This document shows, piece after piece, positions 1-10,027 of a stretch of 64,000 nucleotides of DNA. The stretch lies in NCBI GenBank assembly GCA_046483025.1, contig JAWODZ010000126.1, positions 11,981 through 75,980 on the forward strand. The letters run 5' to 3'. A program made the translations under genes and the position numbers. How positions within the stretch are numbered: position 1 is the stretch's first letter; each line of letters begins with the position of its first letter. Under the pieces are notes generated by a model. It was not told the origin of the DNA, searched no databases, and saw nothing but the letters and a program-made list of their open reading frames with translations. Source of the DNA: a bacterium (GTDB taxonomy: Bacteria > Zhuqueibacterota > QNDG01 > CAYUAG01).

Positions 1-1568
1 CCGGTTAAACCGTTTGGCTTTTGTTTAATAAGAAGTTTGGCACCATTAGTGATGCCTTCTCTGTTCTCAATAACATTATTTAAAAAATCAAGTCTGCCGT
101 TTAATAATTCACAATCGTTTTGGGTTTTATAGGTTTCTTCTTTTAGCTCTGTTAGCTGATTATTAAGGTTCTGTTCTTTATCAGTTATTTTTTCAAGAGA
201 ACTGGTCAGTTTGTTTTTTTTATTGTTCAGTTCATTCAGAGATGAGGTTAAATTCTTTTCTGAAGTTTGGGCCTCATTAAGTGATATTCGCACCCGGGAA
301 TCCTCTTCATCCAGTCTTTCCAGTCTTCCTTGATTATTATCAATTTTTGTCCGGGAGGCAGATTCTTCATTGCTGAGACTGTTTATTTTTTCAAGGCATT
401 CAATTATCTCTTTTTTCTTGGCATTCAAGTCCAGTCGTTTGAGGTTCAGATTTTGCTGAAATACTTCCAGTTCTTTCTTTTTATTATTAAAAATTCTTCC
501 GGAACTGGTAATTTTAACCTGAAAAGATTCCCGCTCATGTCTGGTATATTCCAGATGTTCTTTTTGATCTTTGTATCTTTGTTTTAAATTTACTATTTCA
601 TGTTCAGCTCTCTGAACTCTGCTCTTTAAAGAAGAAATTTTTTCTTTACTTACTTTTATATCACTTTCCTGATGATGAATTTTTTCAATAATGTTGTTTA
701 ACGCATTTCTACACTCAATCACATATTTTTCGTTTTCAGTTAGTTTTAATCTCAGGGTTTCCAGATCAGCTTCTTCTTTTGAAATTTCTACTGTTCTTCC
801 CTCTTTGGATTTTTTCAGTGTGTCTAATTTTATTCTTAAAGGTTTGATTTGCTCCTGATAATCGAACAGAATTTTACGACTGATTTTCAGTTCCAGCTCT
901 TTTTTTTCTTCCTGTAATTTTTTGTATCTTCTTGCCCGCTGAACCTGTCTTTTCAGAGATCTCTCATTACGTGCAACTTCCTGAATGATATCATTTACCC
1001 GCAGGAGGTCATTCTGAGTTGCATCTAATTTTTTCTCTGCGGATTTGATTCTGTATTTATATTTGGTTACTCCTGCAGCCTCTTCCAGAAGTTTTCTTCG
1101 ATCCTCAGCTTTATCGCTGAGGATATCTTCGATCATCTTTAATTCAATTACTGAATAGCAATCAGCACCAATTCCGGTATCCATGAGCAGGTTGTTGATG
1201 TCTTTCAGCCGGACAGGGGACTTATTAAGAAGATATTCACTTTCACCAGAGCGGAATAATCTTCTGGTGATCACCACTTCATTGTAGTCTATGGGCATTA
1301 TTCCTCTGGAATTATCAAAAGTGATAGAAACTTCGGCCATGCCCAGAGGTTTGGCAGATTGAGCACCACTGAAAATAATGTCCTCCATTCGATCAGTGCG
1401 GAGAATAGAATGCTTCTGCTCTCCCAGCCCCCAGCGAATAGCATCTACAATATTAGTTTTACCGCATCCGTTAGGGCCGACTACAGCAGTCAGTTCTCCG
1501 TCAAAATGCAGGTCAATTTTTTTGGCAAAGGATTTAAATCCATGAAGAGAAACTTTTGATAAAATCAT
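1..1568 (-). CDS. smc: chromosome segregation protein SMC, N-terminal part (gene runs off the window start)
   Basis: Minus-strand translation from the ATG complementary to 1566-1568 gives MILSKVSLHGFKSFAKKIDLHFDGELTAVVGPNGCGKTNIVDAIRWGLGEQ... It has the Walker A GPNGCGKTN and the SMC N-terminal signature, followed by a long K/E/L-rich coiled coil. Track ORFs 330-587 and 1359-1559 (+) are antisense artefacts inside it. Confidence 0.85.
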   Translation of the reverse strand, partial: MILSKVSLHGFKSFAKKIDLHFDGELTAVVGPNGCGKTNIVDAIRWGLGEQKHSILRTDRMEDIIFSGAQSAKPLGMAEVSITFDNSRGIMPIDYNEVVITRRLFRSGESEYLLNKSPVRLKDINNLLMDTGIGADCYSVIELKMIEDILSDKAEDRRKLLEEAAGVTKYKYRIKSAEKKLDATQNDLLRVNDIIQEVARNERSLKRQVQRARRYKKLQEEKKELELKISRKILFDYQEQIKPLRIKLDTLKKSKEGRTVEISKEEADLETLRLKLTENEKYVIECRNALNNIIEKIHHQESDIKVSKEKISSLKSRVQRAEHEIVNLKQRYKDQKEHLEYTRHERESFQVKITSSGRIFNNKKKELEVFQQNLNLKRLDLNAKKKEIIECLEKINSLSNEESASRTKIDNNQGRLERLDEEDSRVRISLNEAQTSEKNLTSSLNELNNKKNKLTSSLEKITDKEQNLNNQLTELKEETYKTQNDCELLNGRLDFLNNVIENREGITNGAKLLIKQKPNGLT

Positions 1569-1747
1569 ATATCACTCTAAATAATAGATTTTTACACAAA
1601 ATACACATTCAATAACTTACCTGTCAGTTTACATAGGTTAATTATTCACCTGAAATAGTTAAACTGGGGAAGTAAAATGAATTGCTCCCTAAACAAAAAA
1701 AATATACTGAATAAATAAAAAATAGTCAAGTTTAATTTTTTAACTCA

Positions 1748-1776
1748 TTGACTCTTAGTTATAGATTGATTATATT
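1748..1776 (+). promoter_or_regulatory. sigma70-like promoter TTGACT-17-TATATT upstream of lepA; the -10 lies only about 8 nt from the ATG, so the mRNA may be leaderless
   Basis: ttgactcttagttatagattgattatatt. No SD sits between the -10 and the ATG at 1785. Confidence 0.45.
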
Positions 1777-1784
1777 ATCGAACT

Positions 1785-3581
1785 ATGTGGAAGAATAATA
1801 TACGAAATTTTAGTATCATTGCTCATATTGATCATGGCAAGTCTACTCTGGCAGACCGTCTCCTGGAGCATACCCATACTGTATCTCCTCAAACCATGAT
1901 GGATCAGGTTCTTGATGATATGGATTTGGAGCGGGAAAGAGGTATTACCATAAAATCTCATGCCATTACTATGTATTATACTCATTCCGATAGGGAAAAA
2001 TATACCCTGAATCTTATAGACACCCCCGGACATGTGGATTTTTCCTATGAAGTATCCCGCAGTCTGGCTGCCTGTGAAGGGGCTTTGGTGGTTGTTGATG
2101 CAAGCCAGGGAATTGAAGCCCAGACGGTGAGCAATATATACCTGGCTATGGAGAATGATCTTACCATGATCCCGGTTATAAATAAAATTGATCTCCCCGG
2201 GGCTCAAATAGATGAAACCAGAGAACAATTAAAAGAACTTATGGGAGTTTCTGATGAAGAAATTCTCCTGGTAAGTGCTAAGGAAGGCCGGGGTATCAAG
2301 AAATTACTTGATACTATTATTGAAAAGATTTCTGCTCCCAGGGGAGACAGTAAAGCGCCTCTGCGGGCCTTGATTTTTGATTCTGTCTATGATTACTATA
2401 GAGGAGTTATAACCTATATTAAAATTATTGATGGTTGTTTAAAAAAGGGGGATACAATTACATTTTTTTCCAATGGAAAGGAATTTACTGCTGAGGAGCT
2501 CGGATTACTTCGTTTACATCGCCAACCAACTGAAAATTTTAAAACCGGAGAAGTAGGCTATCTGATTGCTAATGTGAAGAATTTAAAAGATGCCAGAGTG
2601 GGGGATACCATAATGTTAGCTGATAATCCTCATCCAGAACCGCTTCCCGGATTTAAGAAATGTAAACCGATGGTGTTTTCGGGGATGTTCCCTGCTTCTG
2701 CAGAGGATCTGGAAGATTTGCGGAACAGTCTGGATCGGTTGCAGCTCAATGATGCTTCTTTAATTGTTGAGCCCGAAAATTCAGAAGCTCTGGGATTCGG
2801 TTTTAGAGTAGGATATCTGGGACTTCTTCATATGGAAATAATACAGGAAAGACTGGAGAGAGAATATGACCAGAATTTAATTACCACTATCCCCAATGTT
2901 GAATACCGTATTACTTTAAATAATGGAGAAAAAGTTTTAATTGATAATCCTGCTCAGTTCCCTGCAAATCATACTATAGAAAAAGTGGAAGAACCTTTTA
3001 TTGCCGGACAAATAATTGTACCAGCTGATTTCCAGGGAAATATTATGCAATTAGCCCAGCAAAGAAGAGGTGTTTATAAAAATACTATTTATCTTGATTC
3101 TCAACGGGTAACACTTACTTATGATTTACCCCTTTCAGAAATCATCTTTGATTTTTATGATAAGCTGAAAAGTATTTCTAAGGGGTATGCTTCTTTTGAC
3201 TATGAGGTGACTGGATTCAGAGAATCAGATATGGTACGAGTGGATATTTTAATAAATTTTGAACCAGTGGATGCGTTATCCATGATTGTTCATAAAGAGA
3301 AAGCATATACCTGGGGGAAGAAATTAACCGGAAAATTGCGGGAGCTCATCCCCCGGCAAATGTTTGAGGTAGCAATTCAGGCTGCAATCGGCAGTAAAAT
3401 TATTGCCCGGGATACAGTTAAGGCTTTAAGAAAAAACGTTACAGCCAAATGTTATGGCGGGGATATTAGCAGAAAGCGGAAACTTTTGGAAAAACAGAAA
3501 GAGGGCAAGAAGCGGATGAAGAATCTGGGGAAGATAGAAATTCCCCAGGAAGCATTTTTGGCTGTTTTACAGATAAAATAG
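1785..3581 (+). CDS. lepA: elongation factor 4 (LepA), translational GTPase
   Basis: 598 aa. G1 motif AHIDHGKSTL, DTPGHVDF and NKIDL motifs. Full-length LepA architecture including the C-terminal LepA_C segment. Confidence 0.95.
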   Translation: MWKNNIRNFSIIAHIDHGKSTLADRLLEHTHTVSPQTMMDQVLDDMDLERERGITIKSHAITMYYTHSDREKYTLNLIDTPGHVDFSYEVSRSLAACEGALVVVDASQGIEAQTVSNIYLAMENDLTMIPVINKIDLPGAQIDETREQLKELMGVSDEEILLVSAKEGRGIKKLLDTIIEKISAPRGDSKAPLRALIFDSVYDYYRGVITYIKIIDGCLKKGDTITFFSNGKEFTAEELGLLRLHRQPTENFKTGEVGYLIANVKNLKDARVGDTIMLADNPHPEPLPGFKKCKPMVFSGMFPASAEDLEDLRNSLDRLQLNDASLIVEPENSEALGFGFRVGYLGLLHMEIIQERLEREYDQNLITTIPNVEYRITLNNGEKVLIDNPAQFPANHTIEKVEEPFIAGQIIVPADFQGNIMQLAQQRRGVYKNTIYLDSQRVTLTYDLPLSEIIFDFYDKLKSISKGYASFDYEVTGFRESDMVRVDILINFEPVDALSMIVHKEKAYTWGKKLTGKLRELIPRQMFEVAIQAAIGSKIIARDTVKALRKNVTAKCYGGDISRKRKLLEKQKEGKKRMKNLGKIEIPQEAFLAVLQIK

Positions 3582-3596
3582 TAAATAGAGGTAATT

Positions 3597-4577
3597 ATGG
3601 GAAAAGAAACAAACAGTAATAGTAAGGATCTGAAAAAAAGAAAATCAACTCAAGAGAAAAAGGGATCTGTCAGAGAGTTTTTTGAATCACTTGTTTTTGC
3701 AGTAGTAGTAGCTTTGGTAATACGGGCACTGGTAATCTATCCTTTTCGTATTCCTACTGGTTCTATGGAGGATACACTTTTGATAGGAGATTTTTTACTG
3801 GCTAACAAGTTTGTCTATGGGATTCGTTCTCCGGACTGGATTGGAATACCAACTACCAGAGTTGGTTTCAGTATTCCATTTTTTCGCACTCCGGGATTCA
3901 GAAAACCGAAAAAAGGAGATGTGGTTATTTTTAAATATCCTCAGGATTCCCAGTTGAATTATATCAAAAGATGCGTGGGGGTGAGTGGGGATACTATTTT
4001 GATCCGTGACAAAGTTTTATATATTAATGGGGAAAAATTCCCGAATCCTCCTGAATCCAAATTTATCAATTATCAAACTGCTCCGGAAGATTTTATTCAA
4101 CCGGAAATTTTTCCTCCGGGAGCAGGTAATATTGATTTTTATGGCCCGGTGCGGGTTCCGGCAAAAGGGGATACTTTTCATTTTACCCAGTCAAATAAAG
4201 ATGAATGGTTTGAACGGTTTCAGCTTATGGTGTACGAAGGGAATAAGCTGGAGATCTCCTATAAAGGGGAATCAATAGCGTTAACTGTTGACAATCAAAA
4301 TCGATGGCAGAGAGCAATTCAGGTTTATCCGCCGGAATCATTTCTTGTAAATGGTACACCTGTTAATCAAGTGGTATATGAAGTGGAAAATCGTCACTAT
4401 TTTATGATGGGCGACAACCGGGACAACAGTCTTGACAGCAGATACTGGGGATTTCTTCCGGAAAGATATGTGGTGGGAGAAGGGTTGATAATATATTTTT
4501 CCTGGAACAAAGATGTTCCTCTGTACAGGATTTTTAAAAAAATTCGCTGGGGCAGGATCCTGAAACTCATCAGATAA
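3597..4577 (+). CDS. lepB: signal peptidase I (S26 family)
   Basis: N-terminal TM helix, catalytic Ser box GSMEDTL, and conserved box E region (MMGDNRDNSLDSRYWGF). Classic lepA-lepB synteny. Confidence 0.9.
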   Translation: MGKETNSNSKDLKKRKSTQEKKGSVREFFESLVFAVVVALVIRALVIYPFRIPTGSMEDTLLIGDFLLANKFVYGIRSPDWIGIPTTRVGFSIPFFRTPGFRKPKKGDVVIFKYPQDSQLNYIKRCVGVSGDTILIRDKVLYINGEKFPNPPESKFINYQTAPEDFIQPEIFPPGAGNIDFYGPVRVPAKGDTFHFTQSNKDEWFERFQLMVYEGNKLEISYKGESIALTVDNQNRWQRAIQVYPPESFLVNGTPVNQVVYEVENRHYFMMGDNRDNSLDSRYWGFLPERYVVGEGLIIYFSWNKDVPLYRIFKKIRWGRILKLIR

Positions 4578-4584
4578 AGGGATA

Positions 4585-5688
4585 ATGGAAGGAATATACC
4601 TACACTTTCCTTTTTGTCAGTCTAAATGCAGCTACTGTGATTTTTATTCCATTGTTTATTCCGAAAAACTGGTTTCAGAATATGTTCAGGCTCTGAAAAC
4701 CGAGATTCGGCTTTATTCTGATTTTTTCACCAGCAATAAAACAATCGATACAATTTATTTGGGGGGAGGTACTCCTTCCCTTCTTAAAATCGGACAGATT
4801 AAAGATATATTACATCATTTGTATAATGTCTTCAACATCAGTGAATCTTCGGAAATAACCATTGAGATGAATCCCGGAAATACCTCCCTGAAAGATCTCT
4901 CTGCTTACAGAGAGATTGGTATTAACCGGATCAGTATCGGGGCTCAGTCTTTTAAAAAGAATGAGCTGGCCGTAATGAAACGGATCCACAATCCTGATGA
5001 AATTAAAACCATATGTTCCTCTGTCCGGAAAGCCGGTTTAGAGAATTTCAGTCTTGATCTTATTTTTGGTCTTCCCGGACAGAATCTTCAGGACTGGAAA
5101 TACACCTTATCTGAATCTTTTTCTTTACAGCCAAAACATATTTCAGCGTACAGTTTAACCTGGAGTTCTAAAACGCCTCTGGGCAGAAAGATAATCAAAG
5201 GAGATATCCCGGCTCCTCAGGAGGAAATGGTAGCTGAAATGTTTCTGTATGCAGATGATATGTTAGTAGAAAGCGGATATGAGCATTATGAAATTTCCAA
5301 TTATGCCTTGCCGGGATACCGGTGCAGACATAATGAGGGATACTGGAATGGACAATCCTATCTGGGGCTGGGCCCGTCTGCTCATTCTTTCAGAGAAAAT
5401 AAGCGGTTCAGGAATGTTTCTGATGTCAGAGAGTATATTTCACGACTTTCCCAATCTTTTCTCCCGGTTGAGGAAGAAGAAGTGCTGTCTTCAGAACAGA
5501 TACGAACAGAACGTATTGCAGTGGGGCTGCGGAGAAAAGAGGGGATTGACATCAGGAAAAACAATATCGATCTGTCTGAAGTTGAGGGTTTTGTGCAGAA
5601 GGGATTGGTAGTTCATGATGAAAATGTACTTACGTTAACTCCCCAGGGGATGCTTTTTGCGGATGAGGTGGCGTTGCGGGTGGTGTGA
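4585..5688 (+). CDS. hemW: radical SAM heme chaperone HemW / oxygen-independent coproporphyrinogen-III oxidase-like protein
   Basis: CxxxCxxC radical SAM motif CQSKCSYCDF, GGGTPS motif and a HemN_C-like C-terminus. Ends with a TGA stop at 5686-5688. Confidence 0.85.
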   Translation: MEGIYLHFPFCQSKCSYCDFYSIVYSEKLVSEYVQALKTEIRLYSDFFTSNKTIDTIYLGGGTPSLLKIGQIKDILHHLYNVFNISESSEITIEMNPGNTSLKDLSAYREIGINRISIGAQSFKKNELAVMKRIHNPDEIKTICSSVRKAGLENFSLDLIFGLPGQNLQDWKYTLSESFSLQPKHISAYSLTWSSKTPLGRKIIKGDIPAPQEEMVAEMFLYADDMLVESGYEHYEISNYALPGYRCRHNEGYWNGQSYLGLGPSAHSFRENKRFRNVSDVREYISRLSQSFLPVEEEEVLSSEQIRTERIAVGLRRKEGIDIRKNNIDLSEVEGFVQKGLVVHDENVLTLTPQGMLFADEVALRVV

Positions 5689-5922
5689 GTCTTATTTTTT
5701 ATATTGAGGGGAGTATGAAAATTATCGGAGGTTATTTATGGCCACAGGATTAGGATTTTCCTGTGGAACTCAGAAACCCTCCCCCGAGATCCTGAAATGA
5801 ATTCAGGATGACAACCCCATTCTGTATTATATTGAATCTTATTTTAAATATGTCATGCTGAGCCTTGTGCTGAACTTGGTTCAGTATTGTTCCAGAATCT
5901 CATGCAGTAATTAATTAGCCAA

Positions 5923-5969
5923 CCTCCCGAAGGTTTTGAATCCTCTTCATTCAGGACAAGTTCTTCGGG
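5923..5969. repeat. REP-like hairpin element (family C), copy 1: CCTCCCGAAGG...CTTCGGG stem
   Basis: Near-identical copy at 19595-19648 (cctcctgaaggtttcgaatccttcatt..caggacaggctcttcagggggg). It sits in a 565-bp non-coding gap with three more perfect hairpins (ccacagg/cctgtgg, atcctgaa/ttcaggat, ctgaac/gttcag). Confidence 0.6.
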
Positions 5970-6182
5970 AAATGTTGCCTTAACCCTGGGGCTGACCAAA
6001 AAATCCAAAAATAATGAAAACACAAGATCACAAAATAAATATAAATAATATATTACATCTGTATCCTCATCTTTTACTCTGTGAATTCTGTGGTTATTTT
6101 TTTCTTTTTGGACCGATCCACCAGAAGGAGTGAAACAGAGTTTAACACTTTAATACGTTACCAAAGGAGTAAAATTGCCCAC

Positions 6183-6211
6183 TTGACTTTAATAATTCGA
6201 TTGATTATAAT
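6183..6211 (+). promoter_or_regulatory. consensus sigma70 promoter TTGACT-17-TATAAT
   Basis: ttgactttaataattcgattgattataat, 44 bp upstream of the ATG at 6255. It shares the GATTGATTATA(A/T)T -10 context with the lepA promoter. Confidence 0.55.
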
Positions 6212-6254
6212 AGATTAACATGTAAAATTTTAAAGAAAAGAAAGGATACATTCT

Positions 6255-6569
6255 ATGGATCAAAATAAAGGCAGACAGCAGGTTAATGTTGAACTGGGTG
6301 ATAAGGAAGCTGAGGGAATTTATTCTAATTTAGTGTTGATAAGCCATTCCCCTGCAGAATTTGTTATGGATTTTACCCGTATGGTGCCTGGTGTACCTAA
6401 GGCCAAGGTTTATTCCCGTATAATAATGACACCCCAGCATATCAAGTCATTCTCCAAGGCATTGAATGATAATATAGAAAAATTCGAAAAGCAACATGGT
6501 GAAATTAAAGCTGCCGGAAATCAGGGGAAAAATATTGGATTTAAACCTGCAGGAACACAGCAGCAATAG
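6255..6569 (+). CDS. DUF3467 family protein
   Basis: 104 aa. Core YSNLVLISHSPAEFVMDFTRMVPGVPKAKVYSRIIMTPQHIKSFSKAL matches the DUF3467 signature seen in Bacteroidetes/Chlorobi. RBS aaagga upstream. Confidence 0.7.
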   Translation: MDQNKGRQQVNVELGDKEAEGIYSNLVLISHSPAEFVMDFTRMVPGVPKAKVYSRIIMTPQHIKSFSKALNDNIEKFEKQHGEIKAAGNQGKNIGFKPAGTQQQ

Positions 6570-6591
6570 GGCAATATCGGAATATATTTAT

Positions 6592-7233
6592 ATGAGATCA
6601 ATAATCTACACATTAAAAAAATATTTTTTCACATTTAATGTATGCATTTTTACCATTCTGATGAGTATTATTCTGACAGACAGTGCATCTGCTCAGAACA
6701 GCATAATACCTAAAAGAAAATCTTTATCTCTGGAAATCGGAAACTGGCAGCCCAATACCATTAATAATGAACCAAGTTTTGATACCTTTGGCAAAGCCGG
6801 AGCCACTCCCTATATGGGAGTATCTTTTTATATGCCCGTTGTCAAAAATTTGGGGGTTGAACTTTCAGCTGCTTACTGGTCTCTCCGGGATGTGGAAAAA
6901 ATTGAACAAGTACATTCTTTGATAATCCATCCGGTAAGAGTAGATATAAAATACTGGCTGGTTCCGGATTCCTTTTTATCTGCCTATGTGATTTATGGTG
7001 GGGGTGTTTATTGGGGGGTTGAGAATGAAATCAGGCCTTTGGGTTCCAGCATAACCAAGGCCAGAGCAGGGTGGGGTTGTGATCTGGGCGCTGGTTTTGA
7101 TATTGCTTTTACCAGTTTTTTTGGAATGGGAATCTCCTGTACCTATCTTTATGTCACATTTAATAAAAAGTTGGCTGGTGTAGATGACTTCAGCGGACCC
7201 AAGATATCAGGAGTTTTTTATTTTTACCTTTAA
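6592..7233 (+). CDS. small outer-membrane beta-barrel protein (OmpW/OmpA-like 8-strand type)
   Basis: Sec signal peptide ending SASA/QN, alternating amphipathic beta-strands, Gly/aromatic-rich, C-terminal FYFYL. Start moved to the internal Met at 6592 because the track ORF start at 6496 overlaps the upstream gene. Confidence 0.65.
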   Translation: MRSIIYTLKKYFFTFNVCIFTILMSIILTDSASAQNSIIPKRKSLSLEIGNWQPNTINNEPSFDTFGKAGATPYMGVSFYMPVVKNLGVELSAAYWSLRDVEKIEQVHSLIIHPVRVDIKYWLVPDSFLSAYVIYGGGVYWGVENEIRPLGSSITKARAGWGCDLGAGFDIAFTSFFGMGISCTYLYVTFNKKLAGVDDFSGPKISGVFYFYL

Positions 7234-7257
7234 TACATATTATTTTTAGGGGGTGTT

Positions 7258-8691
7258 ATGTCAGATAAGTATTCATTTATTATTGACGGAGAACATTGTA
7301 CCTCGGGAGAGGTTCTGGAAGTGAAAAACCCTTACAAAAGTGAAGTTATTGGTGTTGTTTTCCGGCCCGGGGATTCTGAGGTGGAAAGATCCATTGAATC
7401 GTCAGTCCGCGGCTTTCAGAAGAGCAGAAAATTTCCAACTTATAAGCGATCCCAGCTTCTTGCTTCCGCAGCATCCACTATTGATAAAAGAAAAGAGGAG
7501 CTGGCAGCCCTACTCTGCCGGGAGTCAGGAAAACCAATAAAATTCGCTAAAGCAGAGGTGCAAAGAGCAGTCAGCACTCTCAGCATTGCCTCTGAAGAGG
7601 CAACCCGTATAGTAGGAGAAACTGTGCCCCTGGACATAACTGAAAAAGCAGGAGATCGTCTGGGTATTGTACGCCGGTTTCCTGTAGGACCGATTGCCGG
7701 AATTACTCCCTTTAATTTTCCTCTTAATCTGGTGTGTCATAAAGTTGCACCTGCTTTAGCAGCGGGCAATACCATCTCTATTAAACCTGCCACAGCAACA
7801 CCGCTCTCAGCCCTGACTCTGGGGGAGATTTTTCTGGAGAATGATATCCTGCCGGGTTTTTTGAATGTTATTCCCTGTTCTTCACAGACAGCTGATAAAC
7901 TGGTTACAGATCCACGGATTAAAATGATCACCTTTACCGGCAGTGCGGAGGTAGGATGGAATCTTAAATCCGAGGCAGGAAAAAAGAAAGTCTGTCTTGA
8001 GCTGGGGGGAAACGCAGCAGTCGTAATAGAGCCGGATTGTGATATTAAAACAGCGGTGCAGCGCTCTATTCTGGGAGGTTTTGCTTTTTCCGGGCAGGTA
8101 TGTATTTCAGTACAGCGGATCTTTGTACATGAGAAGATTTTTGATGAGTTCACTGAATCCTTTCTCCGGGAAGTAAAGAAACTCATCCTGGGAGATCCTC
8201 TTTCCGAAAAAACGGATATAGGTCCTATGATTGATGAGGGTGCAGCTATACGAACTGAAGAATGGGTAAAAGAGGCAACCGATAAGGGAGGAAAAATCCT
8301 CACCGGTGGGGAACGGGATGGAAATATGTTCGCGCCCACAGTATTGACCAATGTACCTGCTGAGGCCCGGGTTTGCAGCGCTGAAGTTTTTGCTCCGGTG
8401 GTAGTTATGGAAAAGTATACATCTTTTGAGGATGCGCTTGATAAAGTAAACGATTCTGTTTTTGGTCTGCAGGCAGGAGTGTTTACCAGAGATATTGACA
8501 AGGCCTTCCGTGCTTTTAATACCATAGAAGTGGGAGGTGTGATAATCAATGACGTGCCTACTTTCAGAGTTGATTCCATGCCCTATGGAGGAGTAAAGGA
8601 GTCCGGATTCGGACGGGAAGGTGTCAAGTATGCATTAGAGGAAATGACAGAATTAAAGATTATGGTGGTTAATCATGGGCTGGACCGGTGA
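7258..8691 (+). CDS. NAD(P)-dependent aldehyde dehydrogenase (GapN / succinate-semialdehyde DH-like)
   Basis: 477 aa. Motifs ITPFNFP, catalytic Glu in ELGGNAAV and catalytic Cys in FSGQVCISV. Ends with a TGA stop. Confidence 0.85.
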   Translation: MSDKYSFIIDGEHCTSGEVLEVKNPYKSEVIGVVFRPGDSEVERSIESSVRGFQKSRKFPTYKRSQLLASAASTIDKRKEELAALLCRESGKPIKFAKAEVQRAVSTLSIASEEATRIVGETVPLDITEKAGDRLGIVRRFPVGPIAGITPFNFPLNLVCHKVAPALAAGNTISIKPATATPLSALTLGEIFLENDILPGFLNVIPCSSQTADKLVTDPRIKMITFTGSAEVGWNLKSEAGKKKVCLELGGNAAVVIEPDCDIKTAVQRSILGGFAFSGQVCISVQRIFVHEKIFDEFTESFLREVKKLILGDPLSEKTDIGPMIDEGAAIRTEEWVKEATDKGGKILTGGERDGNMFAPTVLTNVPAEARVCSAEVFAPVVVMEKYTSFEDALDKVNDSVFGLQAGVFTRDIDKAFRAFNTIEVGGVIINDVPTFRVDSMPYGGVKESGFGREGVKYALEEMTELKIMVVNHGLDR

Positions 8692-8871
8692 TGAGTTTTT
8701 TTGACCTGGAAAAACTAAAAAGAGTCCACTAATTACACTAATTACACGAATTTCACTAAATAGAATTAATTAATATAATTTATGAGGTTGCCGTAAGTGG
8801 AGAAAACAGAAGTTATGGGATTAATAACTTCTGTTTAATCAAAAAAAATTGAATGGATTACTGTTCGCACT

Positions 8872-10017
8872 ATGAAAAATTACAATTTTGATGCTTTTAT
8901 TGACAGGAATCGGACTGCAAGTTTAAAATGGGATACATATAAAGGGAAAGATATTATTCCTCTCTGGGTAGCGGATATGGATTTCAAATCACCTGATGTT
9001 GTGATAGAAGCCTTGAAACAGAGAAGTGAGCATGGGATATATGGATATACACTTCCACCTGAAGAATTGTATGAAGTGGTGATATCCCGGTTAAAGCAGA
9101 AATACGGATGGCACATAAAAAAAGACTGGCTGGTATGGCTGCCGGGTCTGGTGAGCGGGATTAATATAGCCTGCCGGGCAGTAGGCAGTGAGGGAGATGA
9201 GGTGATGACTGTTACTCCGGCCTATCCTCCTTTTTTAACTGCACCTGATAATATGAACCGCACTTTAGTGACCTCTCTCATGATCAGTGATCAGAACAGC
9301 TGGATAATGGATATGGATGATCTCCGCTCAAAGGTTACTTCCCGGACAAAACTATTTCTTTTGTGCAGTCCTCACAATCCCACCGGACGGATATTTTCCA
9401 GAAGAGAATTATCGGATTTTATTGAATTCTGTGTGGAAAATGACATCATAATCTGTTCTGATGAAATCCACTGCGATATAATTCTAAATGAGACTACACA
9501 GCATGTGCCGACTGCAGCTTTCAGTTCCGAAGCTGCAGACAGAACTATCACTCTGATGGCACCCAGTAAGACCTATAATATTGCCGGACTGGGGTGTTCA
9601 TTTGCAGTAATTCCAAACTCTTCTCTGAGGCAGTCTTTCAGAAAGGCAATGGAAGGTATCGTCCCTCATGTAAATCTTATGGGATATACAGCAGCTTTGG
9701 CAGCATACAAATATGGTCATACCTGGCTGACCGAGGTATTGGCTTATCTGAAAAAAAATCATGATTATGTTTATTCCAGTATAAAAGGCATGAACTTTTT
9801 GCATATGTATCCTGCTCAGGGAACCTATTTAGCCTGGATTAATGCTGCTGCGATTGAAAAGAAGAATCCGGCAGCCTTCTTTGAACAGTATGGGCTGGGT
9901 TTTTCAGATGGATATGACTTTGGAGAGAAGAATTTTATTCGTTTGAATTTCGGATGTCCACGTTTTCTGCTGGAAAAAGCAATAGATAGATTACACCATT
10001 CTTTAAAGAATCTATAA
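8872..10017 (+). CDS. PLP-dependent C-S lyase / aminotransferase class I (MalY/PatB family cystathionine beta-lyase-like)
   Basis: N-terminus FDAFIDRNRTASLKWD....PLWVADMDF is the MalY/PatB signature. PLP-lysine region SKTYNIAG. Confidence 0.8.
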   Translation: MKNYNFDAFIDRNRTASLKWDTYKGKDIIPLWVADMDFKSPDVVIEALKQRSEHGIYGYTLPPEELYEVVISRLKQKYGWHIKKDWLVWLPGLVSGINIACRAVGSEGDEVMTVTPAYPPFLTAPDNMNRTLVTSLMISDQNSWIMDMDDLRSKVTSRTKLFLLCSPHNPTGRIFSRRELSDFIEFCVENDIIICSDEIHCDIILNETTQHVPTAAFSSEAADRTITLMAPSKTYNIAGLGCSFAVIPNSSLRQSFRKAMEGIVPHVNLMGYTAALAAYKYGHTWLTEVLAYLKKNHDYVYSSIKGMNFLHMYPAQGTYLAWINAAAIEKKNPAAFFEQYGLGFSDGYDFGEKNFIRLNFGCPRFLLEKAIDRLHHSLKNL

Positions 10018-10027
10018 AGGAGAAATA

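Noticed and set aside
330-1559. Plus-strand ORFs 330-587 and 1359-1559
   Set aside because: They lie inside the minus-strand smc gene, whose Walker A and coiled coil are clear. Their translations are low complexity.
7737-8579. 280-aa minus-strand ORF
   Set aside because: It is entirely antisense to the well-supported aldehyde dehydrogenase gene, has a low-complexity S/T/A-rich translation and no RBS. It is a typical shadow ORF of a GC-richer coding region.
8807-8833. Hairpin CAGAAGTTA-n9-TAACTTCTG after aldH as an intrinsic terminator
   Set aside because: The stem is AT-rich and weak, and the following T-tract is interrupted (TTTAATC). It was kept only as a possible element and not called as a feature.
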